From: Fistulifera solaris | Lineage: Eukaryota | Assembly (NCBI GenBank): GCA_030295235.1 | Contig: AP026137.1 | Location: 496,001 to 560,000, forward strand | Reading direction: 5' to 3' | Length of the DNA stretch: 64,000 nucleotides | Shown: positions 13,223 through 24,184 of the stretch, piece by piece | Numbering within the stretch: the first letter of the stretch is position 1 | Layout: every line of letters begins with the position of its first letter | Notes under the pieces: model-generated | The model's database searches: none | Seen by the model: only the letters and a program-made list of their open reading frames with translations | Told to the model about the DNA's origin: nothing | Position numbers and translations under genes: made by a program

Positions 13223-13998
13223 TTAGCCGATAATGGTCGCATCGCGCGACATGACGCTAGCGGCAAATTTGACCAAGAAGACCGCCTTTTTCCGATCTCC
13301 TTCTTCTACCGTATGTGCTGTAACACGCGCAGGGAATCCTGCTCCCTGTAGCATGCCCGCAATGATCCCCGAAATGTACGCATCTACAGACAATCCTCCC
13401 AGATCAGCGGGGACACTGACACTTGTGCTGTAGTAAAATGCGTTAGAATGAAACCAAAGGATGTCAGACCCGATGTTTCACCCTTGCCTGTTCTCTGTTT
13501 ACACAACTGAGCTTGTTTCCTCTTACCTTGTTATGGGCGCGTAGTCAACAATCATAAACTCGTCGGCATGATCGATACTTTTCTCTAAAGAGTCAGCAGC
13601 CTTCCCAAAAAGAGCTTTCCATGCCGTCGTTGAAACAAACTGCAACATGTTCATCAATTTGGTTTGTCGCGTGTAATCTCTAGCTCGATAGGCCAACAAT
13701 TCGAGAACTTTAAGTCCGACTCCGTACCCCGCTGCTTCGAGACGATGCTCTAAGGCACTCACCGAGTCGACACGACTTTGATGATATTGCACCATTTCGG
13801 AAAACAAGTAACTAAAGGCACTTAAGCTGACATTTTGCTCGGCAGATCTTATCGCATAAAGGAAGAGAATCACAATGAGATGTGGTTGCAGGCAAGCGAC
13901 AGATCACACTCGATTGTGATAAAAGTTATCCTCCCTTACCGTTGCGATCGACCAACTGGACGGTCCAGGATAGTGCTATTGCTAAGAAATCGACTCAT
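13223..13998 (-). CDS. TRAPPC5: TRAPP complex subunit 5 (Trs31); 3 exons
   Basis: ILDRP; VSLSAFSYLFSEMVQY; LE.RLEAAGYGVGLKVLEL; WKALFGKAADSLEKS; YISGIIAGMLQGAGFPARVTAH. GT-AG introns at about 13848-13939 and 13431-13526. Confidence 0.93.
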
Positions 13999-14255
13999 CA
14001 AGACAGTGATAAGCGGTTTAAAGAAGATACAAGGATGATAAGGAATAATACTCTGTTTTATTTGTCTTTGACGAATCCTCGAGACGTATAAACTCCGCCG
14101 CGCCGTCGCGTCGTCAAACGGTTGGGTGTTTGGCTACAATAGGGATCAGCATAATTAACTCCAGTGTCTACTGATTTCCGACTCCTCAACCCTCAACTGA
14201 TTTTCAGTCCCGAGACGACACTATAGGTTTTATTGACTTAAGTTGAGACGTTGAG

Positions 14256-14731
14256 CTAGAAAAAATACGGCTACGCCCTGGGATGTGGGGCTTCTGAGTC
14301 ACGACCATTTTGTAAAAAAGTTGCTCGTCTCCGTCGTTGTCTGTCATCCTGTCACCCTCGCCGCTGCTGTCAACACGTGAAATAACGATATTTATTTAAA
14401 CACGATTATAGACAAAATAACGCGGGCTTTATCTCTTGATGATATTAAAAAGTGATATCTAATTTATTTGGTCTATAATCGAATCTAAAATACATTGTAT
14501 TTCAATGGCAAAGGTTGGCCATGGTGCCGCGATGTGCCTCGATGGAGTTTTCGAAAAAAAAGAGCGGAGCTCGAGGGTACACAAAAGATTGGCAGTGCGG
14601 GCGGCTGCCTCGTCGAATGCGATATTTTTTAAAGATTTTGTCATGGTGAGCATTTTGGTATGGCGTAGAAAGTAGTCAACGGTCGTGACTCAGAAGCCCC
14701 ACATCCCAGGGCGTAGCCGTATTTTTTCTAG
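14256..14731. mobile_element. MITE-like non-autonomous DNA transposon (476 bp) with about 51-bp perfect TIRs and target-site duplication
   Basis: CTAGAAAAAATACGGCTACGCCCTGGGATGTGGGGCTTCTGAGTCACGACC at 14256-14306 is the exact reverse complement of 14681-14731. The element is flanked by direct repeat CGTTGAG at 14249-14255 and 14732-14738. Confidence 0.9.
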
Positions 14732-15048
14732 CGTTGAGTCAGGATGCGATCGCATTAAATAAGGACAATTAGCTTTCTTGATACGTGGACATCTTCCGAA
14801 ACCCATGGTGGCATGTTATTTTCATTTGCGTATGAGTTGGGACAGCTTTTCCTTGCACATTTGAAGCGGTGGTACTAACGCAAACTTCGGGCGTCCTTAG
14901 AAAAGCGGTTTTGTACGTGACTACGATGGACGTCAAAATAATATAAGGACACACTATCAGCCCACTAAACCTATGACCTATGCCAGTCAAATTTTAGCAA
15001 GTACGTAAGCAGCAGTATTCTTTTCAATGAGGAAAGTGGCTCTTCAAT

Positions 15049-15471
15049 TTATGTACTGCTTTTCTTTGGCGCAATCTTCTTTGACACCCAATTGCAGCCT
15101 TTTACAAACCCTTCCGACGTCTTTTTTGTTACTTTGTGCTTTCTATCAAATTCTTTCACTCGCTCCCCCGCGTGCGATGCCATATTTCCTGTCGCCCTCG
15201 CGACATCACCTACGGCTCCCTTTCCCTTTGCAGCCACAGCAGCAGCCCCTCCTGCAGCCACAAGCCCTATGACGGGTCCAGCAAGAACCAATCCCGCAAT
15301 ACCACCCACAGCCGCGGCGCCGCCTATTTGTCGACGGCGGTCTTGCGGCGGACTCCTCGTCGCTTCGCTGGCTTTATTGACGCCATCTGTCCCGGTTCCC
15401 TGCTCTTCTTGATATTCGAAATGCACGTCCGGTTCCGTCCACGGTGAAGATGGTGTATTGGTGGTGGACAT
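15049..15471 (-). CDS. Small hypothetical protein with Gly/Ala-rich (glycine-zipper-like) hydrophobic segment
   Basis: 140-aa ATG-initiated ORF containing GGAAAVGGIAGLVLAGPVIGLVAAGGAAAVA followed by a basic tail. Confidence 0.75.
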   Translation of the reverse strand: MSTTNTPSSPWTEPDVHFEYQEEQGTGTDGVNKASEATRSPPQDRRRQIGGAAAVGGIAGLVLAGPVIGLVAAGGAAAVAAKGKGAVGDVARATGNMASHAGERVKEFDRKHKVTKKTSEGFVKGCNWVSKKIAPKKSST

Positions 15472-15650
15472 CTTGAATCAAAAAAGAGAATCAATATATT
15501 AAAGGCAAGAAAAAAAGGTGAAAATGGATGCGTTCGTGCTGTTACTTTTTGTGTTTCGGTTGGAAAATATCGTCGTCGCGGAACTTTTTCTCGCGTGTCG
15601 CGGTGTGCGAACACGAATGAAAAACTGACGTATGATGGACGGACATATCT

Positions 15651-16887
15651 TCAGTCACGCTGTGAATCACGAATTCGAATGTGTTCTTGAATAGCATCGC
15701 GGTGTGACGAATTCACTTCTCCTAACTTTCTGATTTGAAAAATACGCGGTCGGTGCCGATCGGGTTCATAGGAAGACGAATGCTGCAACTGAAATTGAGC
15801 ATGCAGCTCGTCTAGTCGGTCGCAACATTGTTCTTGTATCGACGCAACCGTCCCCAGCACAGTGCACTCCATCAATTGATGAAAGCGTGACCAGGACTGC
15901 CCTCGATTCGGTTGACACATCCAAATGGATCCACCTACGCGCGTATGACGCAAGATCGTCCACAAAAGTTGACCATGCCATTCTTCAAAGTGCGTACAGT
16001 CAGAGACCAAAGTTGAGTCGGCCGAGCAGAGCAAAGTTTCGTCGTCGTAGTTCCAACGAAGAAGATTGCACTCAATCCGAGACGAATCTGTGGAGTTGGT
16101 TTGTCTAAGGAGACGTAGATTGATACGATTGTTCCAGACACAGTCGGTGTGGCCATCGGTAATGAATATGTGCGAGCAGATCCCGTCTCCCGCCAGTGCC
16201 GCTACACCAGCCATGCCAGCCCCCACTTCGAGCAGTGTCATTCCCTGAGCTATGTGACAAGCACCAGGTCGCCACAGATACCACGCCAACACAATTTCAC
16301 AATCCCAAACACAAATGTTTTCCCGTATTGTCAATGGCTTCTGTTTGTGCATGGTGGTGGCTCGTTAACTCATGTAATGACTTGCGGGCAGTCCTTGATC
16401 GTTCTCGTGTATACATCTTTGCATGAGGCAACGAGTAACATTTCACCTGCACATCATTTGCATCGACATGTGGAGTCAATAAGAGCATCTGCGACGGGTA
16501 ATTCTGAAATTCGATCGTATGCGGGGACAGAAATTCTTTTAATCGACTTTGTTGAATGTTTTCACTGATAGATATCGTCCAAAAATTGCGTTTCGGGTCG
16601 ACTGCAAGTAATGCCCACACTATCAAAGCGAATTGCTCTTCGTCGCGTTCATCTTTTAAAGCATCTTCGAATGACTTTATCAAAATGTTTATTTTATGAA
16701 CCGGCTCACACGGAATCAGATGAGAACTATAGCCAGGAAATTGATGAATACTGCGAGCTTCGTCGGGTACAACTTCCCTCAGTAAAGCTGCACGAAGTAG
16801 TTTCCAACGTCCTTTTGCTCGCGACGATTTATCAGCGGCTACTGGTGAAGAAATGTGATCTGATGAGGTTGTTTCATTACTTTGCAT
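15651..16887 (-). CDS. CAMKMT: Calmodulin-lysine N-methyltransferase-like (Methyltransf_16 family)
   Basis: N-terminal RAKGRWKLLRAALL, IDNTG(N)ICVWDCE across an indel near 16323, SAM motif LLEVGAGMAG, ITDGH and SDCTHF. Confidence 0.8.
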
Positions 16888-17313
16888 GATAAAGACGTAA
16901 TGATTGTTTTTCTTGTTATCATCGTGTCGAACAAAAAAGTGGAAGGGTGCAAAACGGGCGAAGCAAAGACGACGGCGCAAAACTAGGGAGCCAAAATAAT
17001 TATGAAGAACCATGACGTAAAATCTAGGGCCATGAGACCACCAACTGCAAATGTTACTTACTGTAACAACAATCCTGAGAAATAGTTTCACCTGCGGTAA
17101 AATAGATTCATTTATAAGACGAACTTGCTTGCCTCCAGACAAGACTATGACGAAACTGAGATATACGGTGCGAAGCTCACAATGCGTACAAAAGTGACAC
17201 AAATTGTTATTACTGCTACGGTAGGTTTACAAGTCAACAGCGATCTAAGCTCTGCTTTAGGGCCAGAGGGAGGTTATCACTCGCTCTCATTGCGGTTATT
17301 TTCTAATGTGACC

Positions 17314-18336
17314 TCAAAAATCCTCTTCGTCGTCATTGTCGCCGTACATGCCGTAATCAAAAGCATCATCACTGTACATAGTCTCGTGATCGTCAAAGTA
17401 GTCATCATCATCATTCTCCTCGTCAAATTCGTATGCCAGAGAAAAACTATGAAGGCAATCTTTCGACTTCCAATTAAAATAGGATGTGCACTATCACCTA
17501 TCTCCGGATTGTGCCTTGTCACGAACTGAAACGGCAAACTGTCGACAGAAGGGGAGCAATCGGGGTTGCTAGACGAAATCTGTTGCACCTCTGATGCATC
17601 GGACGAGTAATGTAGTTGTAGATCTGGCGGTGGACCCCCTTTTTTTGGAACAGATCAAACTCACAAGTGTCACAAACAGATCAGAATTCACATGATCCCT
17701 CGTAAAGTTAGTGACATTGCTGGTGTCGAGATGAAACTGAACATCCGAATCATCAAATACTGACTGGAATCCCAACCACTCTAGGCCGCCACTCATACCG
17801 AATACGTCCGAGACTTTCGTCAGAGATCCGTCTTGCTTACGAAGAAGGTCGTCGATTGGTATGATCAGATCCGATTTTGGGTTGTAGTCCCGAAGAAAGC
17901 CTTCCCACAATATTTTATCCTGATGCATGAATTGAACAAAAAACAAATAGCACATGTTATCTCGTAGCCCATTTGCTAATTTGGGGACCTTTCCGTGCAG
18001 TTCGGCACAACTACAGTAACGGCTACAACTATATCCCCACTCTTCGGTTTTCTTGACGTGCAGAGACATTTCTTGGGCGAATTCGCTGCATCGCTCAAAC
18101 GACAAGACCCGTTGACGGCAATCAGATAAAGACAAGATGGGACTTTCCCGAGGATATTGCCGTGACAGTAGCAAAACGTCATCTCTCGCTTTGAATTCTT
18201 TGTACACTGCATTTTCGTCCAGATCTTTTCCATGAAACGTGCGACAGACAGCCCCTAATCGCCAGAGATCGGCGGCGCGAAGGTACTGGAGAATAGAAGA
18301 AATTTGATCGTCCGGTAAACTTAGCAATTTTGACAT
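17314..18336 (-). CDS. F-box-like domain protein with acidic C-terminal tail
   Basis: N-terminal LLSLPDDQISSILQYLRAADLWRLGAVCRTFH resembles an F-box. The C-terminus (…EFDEENDDDDYFDD…EEDF*) is reached only through apparent indels near 17590 and 17440. Confidence 0.6.
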
Positions 18337-18555
18337 TTCGAAGAGAAGGGATCGACAGAGGTTAGCAAAGATTTCCAGATTGATTTTGATGAACGCTGAA
18401 TAGAGAATATGCGATTGCCAATGCCATGTACCTTGTTTTATTGTAAACAATGAGCATTGTCTGTGCGGTCTTTGGTCGCGTGTGTCGCGTTTAACTGGTA
18501 TTCTGTAGATCTCGTCCGCGCGCGGTCTGAATGCGCGCAATGACCGCAATTCAGT

Positions 18556-19935
18556 TTACCTTGCAACTAAAGAGCCAAAGATTTTCTGTGTGAATGAAAT
18601 ACAAATGATCCAGAATTTCTGGACTAACCCAGATTCTCTGTATGATTGAAATACAACTGATCCAGAATTTCTGGACCAACCCAGATTCTCTGTATGATTG
18701 AAATATCACTAGTCCAGAATTGCTGGTTGATTGTTGCTTTCGTTCTGGACTGGATCACGCGTTGTTGATTCGCCGGAATCTGTTAGATTAACAGTCGCAG
18801 CATCTATCCTCTGAAGCCTCTCTCTCTGCTTCAAGTCTTTTCTTTCTCACAAGTCTTCCTTTACTTGAGAAAAGAATTGGATAAGCATCCTTTTCGCTCG
18901 ATACCGGTATTCGTTTTCTGGACCAACCCAGATTCTCTGTCAGAACGGAAAAACAACTGGTCCTGAATTTCCGTAACGCCACAGATTATCTGTATGAATG
19001 AAATACAACTGGTCAACTGGTTACCTTGCAACTAAAGAGCCAAAGATTTTCTGTGTGAATGAAATACAACTGATCCAGAATTTCTTGACCAACGCAGATT
19101 CTCTGTACCAGGTATGATTGAAATATCACTGGTCCAGAAATTCTGGACCTGCCCAGATTTTCTGTATGAATGAAAATACAACTGGTCCAGAATTTCTGGA
19201 CCAACCCAGACTTTCTGTGTGAATGAAATACAACTGGTCCAGAAATTCTGGACCAACCCAGATTCTCTGTATGAACGGAAATATCACTAGTCCAGAATTT
19301 CTGGACCAACCCCAGAATTATTTCTGGACCGACCTAGATTTTCTGTATGAACGGAAATACAACTGGTCCAGAATTTCTGGACCAGCCCAGATTTTCTGTA
19401 TGAATGAAAATACAACTGGTCCAGAATTTCTGGATCAACCCAGATTTTCTGTATCAATGAAATAACAAGTGGTCCAGAAATTCTGGACCAACCCATATTT
19501 TCTGTATGAATAAAATACAACTGGTCCAGAAATTCTGGACCAACCCATATTTTCTGTATGAATAAAATACAACTGGTCCAGAAATTCTGGACCAACCCAT
19601 ATTTTCTGTGTGAATGAAAATACAACTATTTCAGAATTTCTGGACCAGCCCATATTTTCTGTATGAATGAAATTACAACTGGTCCAGAAATTCTGGATCA
19701 ACCTAGATTTTCTGTGTGAATGAAATACAACTGGTCCAGAATTTCTGGACCAACCCAGTTTCTCTGTGTGAGTGATAATACAACTATTCCAGAATTTCTG
19801 GACCATCCCAGAGTTTCTGTGTCAAGGAAATACAACTGGTCAACTAGTTCATAATTTCTGGACAGCCCCAGATTTTCTCTATGAATGAAATACACCTGGT
19901 GCAGAATTTCTGGACCGCCACGGATTTTCTTTATG
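18556..19935. repeat. Minisatellite of about 52-bp units, each with a 19-21-bp palindrome; interrupted by a unique insert at about 18726-18915
   Basis: Consensus is about GGTCCAGAA(A/T)TTCTGGACCAACCCAGATTTTCTGTATGAATGAAATACAACT; for example, units start at 19471 and 19523. Roughly 20 copies. The left junction TTACCTTGCAACTAAAGAGCCAAAG is duplicated at 18556 and 19021. Confidence 0.95.
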
Positions 19936-20296
19936 ATTGCTCTTTGTTTAGAACGACGTCAATCTAATTTCCGACCGATCTGCTGCTTCATTGAAGCCAC
20001 AATGACCATATCATGGCCTGTTTACTTTCATCATCATTTTCAATGCATTTTTTTGTTGCTTCGGAAGGCCTCGCAGACTTCTGCCTTCTGTATTGACTAT
20101 AGGCCAAAGTGTTGTCCGTTTTCGCCACGACTGCATTTCAGTCACGAAGCCTTGTTTTTGGCGGGCTATTGCTATTGTTCCTCTTACTTCAAACTTTTAT
20201 TCTGCCCTAGACACTGTTGAAACTGATGCCCAACAGACATTCGAGGTAATCAGAGCTAAAAAAATCCATCATGTTTATGCGACTTAGCGTGTATTC

Positions 20297-21562
20297 TTAT
20301 TTCCGCACAACTTGCTTTTCGTTGATGAAGAACCAATTCTCATTGAATTGCTTTACAATCTCTTGCGTAAAGTTGGGCGTATCAATCTGTTTGTACAAAT
20401 GTCCTTGCCCTTGGGCTTCCAAACCCTGAACTAGCGCTTTCGTGGCCTTTTCCAATCGATAATGCGGTACTTTTTCAAAGAACAAATGATGTATAACGTG
20501 CCCATCCATCATGTGATGCGACATGCGATTGACCCACTTGCCGTAATTACGATCCACCGTTTCGAAAGCTCCTTTCTCAAACGTAAAAGTCTCGTCGGTA
20601 TACAATTTACCATCCTCACTGTGATGTTGTAAATACGTGACCATGAAGAGCCAAAAGACATGACACACCAGGGAATCATACAAACGACGGTGAAATCAGC
20701 GGTTCCCATTGAATGCCATAGCGTCGCAGCCGTCGCCAAGGATACTGCTACCGATATCAGACCGTTGCGTTTTTCGGCATCCGATTCACCCTTCCACATT
20801 CGTCCGTACAACCAAACATGTCCACCATCAGGTACACCCAATACGAGATAGACGAAATACAGAATCGGCAATTGCAAATTCCGACTCCAATGACTGAGTT
20901 TGATGAGCGGATGTAACTGATCCCGATCTTCTCGAATGAACCACTGATGTGAATAGTCACGTGTCAAATGATTATGCCCAAGATGATGTTTCTTGTGTGA
21001 TTTGGCCCACGGCACAAAGGGCGTCAAGCAAAAGACGGAATGCGCAATTTCCCCGACCACGCGATTGATCGTCTTGGATTTCGAAACAACCGAATGACCG
21101 GCATCGTGACCAATGCACCACATGCACCAGAGTGCGAACCCGGACAAGATTTGTAGGGGTGCCGCCATGGCGGCTTGTAGGATCCAGGGTGATTCGTGAT
21201 AGACGTCCGAAGTCACGACGGCATACAAAAATCCCATGGAAGTGAGGGACGGCTGCCGCGTCCACGGCAAAGTAGAATAATGATGTAGGTGTATGAATAT
21301 CAAATGTCTCTTTGGGTAGCATTTTCATGATCGTCCCGACTCTAGGGACGACTGGCTCTATATACAAATCATTCTCATCGAGTTCCGGTTGTAGTGGGTT
21401 GGACGATTGTGAAGTTGTAGTAAAGGGAGTCGACGTACTCTTTAATGCCGTTCGGCTTACACCATAAGATGTCGTCGTCCGAGTTGACAACGACGAGTAT
21501 CCCCAGCACGGTGTGGCACTTATTAAGACTGCGAGGCAGAATCGATTCACCATCATCTTCAT
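20297..21562 (-). CDS. Membrane fatty-acid desaturase of omega-3/delta-12 type, probably plastid-targeted
   Basis: Three His boxes HDAGH, HKKHH and HVIHH, plus VTYLQH and FETVDRNYG. Signal peptide followed by a Ser/Thr-rich transit-like region. Indels near 21245 and 20655. Confidence 0.88.
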
Positions 21563-22035
21563 ATGGGCTCTTTATGTTCAATAAATCAAATCTATGTACA
21601 AGATAAACAGTAGCGCACCTCTCTATGACTCTACCCGAGTTCGTCTCACGTTCTTTTGCTATCCTTTGAATAAGAAAGAAGGTGCGTTTGTGGTGGAATA
21701 GAAGAAAAACAAGAAAACGTGGCCGCGTGTCGTCCGCGTGTGTCTTTTTTTTCTTCAAAATGTGGCATCGCGAAAGTGACGTGGTGATCGGTGATCGGCA
21801 TTTTCTGGTCTGTCATTGGACCGGAATAATGAGGCCGAATGAGGCGACCGTACGCCGTACGTAGCATTGCAGCGCAATGACCTCGTTTTTGATGGCGACG
21901 ATCGATGACGAAAGATCTTTATTGCAATGCAAAAAATATTCTTCATTGTTTCATTGCAAATACAAGTAAAAAAATGAAACGTTGAAATCCTTTGAACCTT
22001 AATACAATTTTAAAAGAGGGAAATACACGTCACAA

Positions 22036-24150
22036 ATGAAAAGCTTGTTGCGAAATGTCCATCTCATCCTTCTCTGGATTGCATTCTCGTCCAGAGCAAC
22101 AACAGCGACGTCCTCCTCGCGAAAACTCTTTTTCCCTCGTTGGGCGCCGTGGTCGGAGGTAACGAATAACAATGACAACAACAAGCGACCGCGGTTCTTT
22201 TCGCTATTACAACGACTAGGGGCAACCAGCGTCAGCGATAATTCATCGAACGAAACTGAAAAGACGAATGAGAAACGCCGTCGTCGCAACAAGCGAAGCG
22301 ATGATGCCACGGATAAAGCAACGCCACCAAAAAAGCCCTTTTCCTTCTTTCGACGCTCGCCGAAAAAGACAAAACCGACTCCTGAAGCCACCACGGCGGA
22401 TGTACCCGCCAGCAAGGCTACCAAACAAATGACGATGCCATGGCAACGTCGGAAGGCTCCGGAAAGCCCCTCTCCGATCGAATCATCCAGCGATTCGACA
22501 ACGAATATCACAACCGCGACGAATGTTACCGAGGACAGTCGTGAATCTGCTTTGTCGCCCTCCGCAAACACGACGACAAGTACGAACAACCCAAAGAGAA
22601 CCTGGGGTCTTTTTCGAAAACGTCCCGCGCCACAAGTCCCCGAATCAACACCATCTAGTACGAAGATTATTGTGACTACATATGTTTTGACAGACGGAGT
22701 GGAAACGGTAGAGACTAACGTAACATCTTCGACAGGTGAATCGTCAATGAACGGGACGGCTACATTCAATGCGACAAATACAAACGTAAACAATACCAGC
22801 TCTATCACGACAAACGAAACGAAGACTAGAGAAAGCCCTCCGACACAGTCGCACGCTGTGAGCCCCAGTAATATTGTCATTTCTCAATTATCGCCCTACG
22901 GCAATACTCCTCAACGGTACTACCGAAAACAACAACCGGGCGTACCTCTCAGTCATATGTCACAACAGAACAGCGTCGTACTCGCAGAAGTGCTTGTTTC
23001 CGTCTTTGCGACGGCGACGCGCTTGTGGTTATTGACGTGGCTGGCACGAAGACTGGCGTCACAAGAGGAATCCATTCAGCCGACACAACACTTTGTCTGG
23101 GAACGACTGAACGATCGTTATCAGCGCGATAGCTCGGCTTTGAGTAAAGTGCTGCAAACGCCTCCGGAAGGAATCAGTATGGGGCAATGGAGACGGGATC
23201 ATGTATGGAAAGTGCACGCCCGCAAACGGCGGGAACGAGTGGACCTGGCGTCTGTCTTTACTCGAACCGTAGTTGTCATTGAGCTGAGTGACGATGTAAA
23301 GGAAGGCATCAGTCTCGAACAAATGCCAGAGGTAGTCACATTTTTGTTACAACAGCACCGTGGCGGTGCATTCGGAACACACAAGAGCACGGGACGTCCC
23401 ATGGAAGTGGAAGTCGTATTTTTGGTACAATCTCCTGGTGGAGGTGTATCTACGTTTGGTCTGGCTGCATCGCAAATGCGTCGATTGTCGAACGTGGAAG
23501 GAATTACTACAACAGCGGTGGTGGACAAGATAGCCGCTTCGGGAGGATACATGATTGCCTCTCAGGCGCACAAACTCTTAGCGGCACCTTTTTCTTCTTT
23601 AGGTTCAATCGGTGTCATGATGGAAGGTTTGAACTTTAACGAATTAGCAGAAAAGTATGGCGTTAAGCCTCTGATACTCAAGGCCGGAACCAACAAGAAT
23701 CCATTGTCGACATTCGGACGCGTTTCGGACAGAGACATTCGCCACGAAGAAGAACGATTGGCCGCGGTTCATGAAGCATTCAAAGAACTGGTTGTGGAAG
23801 GCCGTCCCGCTTTGGGTGACGTGCTGGATCGTGTCGCGGACGGATCTGTCTTTCTGGGTAAGGAGGCCTTCGATTTGCAAATGATTGACGGTATCATGAC
23901 GTCGGATGAATACATTTTGGAGCGAATTTTTGCCAACGACCGAGTATTAAAACTGCACCGCTCTTATCAGGCCCGCTTCCCAAGACGAGTGTTGCAAATC
24001 TCACCATTGGACCTTCTGCCACATCTAAAAACGTGGTTTAAACAAATGAACGCTAAGCAACTTACCGGTTTACTGGCTGCTGTTGTGCAGGTCGGTGGTA
24101 TAGTGGGAGTTTTGCAGCAAGTCCTCGCCTCCTTCCAGTTAAAAAGCTAA
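22036..24150 (+). CDS. Peptidase S49 (SohB/SppA-like) with signal peptide and long Thr/Ser-rich N-terminal extension
   Basis: QSPGGGV..FGLAASQMRRL, VDKIAASGGYMIAS, GSIGV and AG.NK motifs in an intact 704-aa ORF. Confidence 0.88.
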   Translation: MKSLLRNVHLILLWIAFSSRATTATSSSRKLFFPRWAPWSEVTNNNDNNKRPRFFSLLQRLGATSVSDNSSNETEKTNEKRRRRNKRSDDATDKATPPKKPFSFFRRSPKKTKPTPEATTADVPASKATKQMTMPWQRRKAPESPSPIESSSDSTTNITTATNVTEDSRESALSPSANTTTSTNNPKRTWGLFRKRPAPQVPESTPSSTKIIVTTYVLTDGVETVETNVTSSTGESSMNGTATFNATNTNVNNTSSITTNETKTRESPPTQSHAVSPSNIVISQLSPYGNTPQRYYRKQQPGVPLSHMSQQNSVVLAEVLVSVFATATRLWLLTWLARRLASQEESIQPTQHFVWERLNDRYQRDSSALSKVLQTPPEGISMGQWRRDHVWKVHARKRRERVDLASVFTRTVVVIELSDDVKEGISLEQMPEVVTFLLQQHRGGAFGTHKSTGRPMEVEVVFLVQSPGGGVSTFGLAASQMRRLSNVEGITTTAVVDKIAASGGYMIASQAHKLLAAPFSSLGSIGVMMEGLNFNELAEKYGVKPLILKAGTNKNPLSTFGRVSDRDIRHEEERLAAVHEAFKELVVEGRPALGDVLDRVADGSVFLGKEAFDLQMIDGIMTSDEYILERIFANDRVLKLHRSYQARFPRRVLQISPLDLLPHLKTWFKQMNAKQLTGLLAAVVQVGGIVGVLQQVLASFQLKS

Positions 24151-24184
24151 GCAAAAATAATGAAATAATTAGCAAGAACAAAAG

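Noticed and set aside
19471..19492. Heat-shock element in the repeat palindrome
   Set aside because: The spacing is GAA-n-TTC, not the canonical GAA-nn-TTC.
19013..19895. Overlapping repetitive ORFs (VQKFWTS/GPEFLDQ/WSRISGP)
   Set aside because: They arise because the minus-strand repeat unit lacks stop triplets. The unit is not a multiple of 3 and indels do not preserve frame.
19040..19935. CRISPR-like pattern of palindromic repeat plus about 30-nt spacer
   Set aside because: The spacers are near-identical to each other, there are no cas genes, and the context is eukaryotic; it is a minisatellite.
21999..22880. Long antisense ORFs (also 60903-61493, 61967-62650 and 30848-31477)
   Set aside because: They are shadows of well-supported genes on the opposite strand and show no independent motifs.
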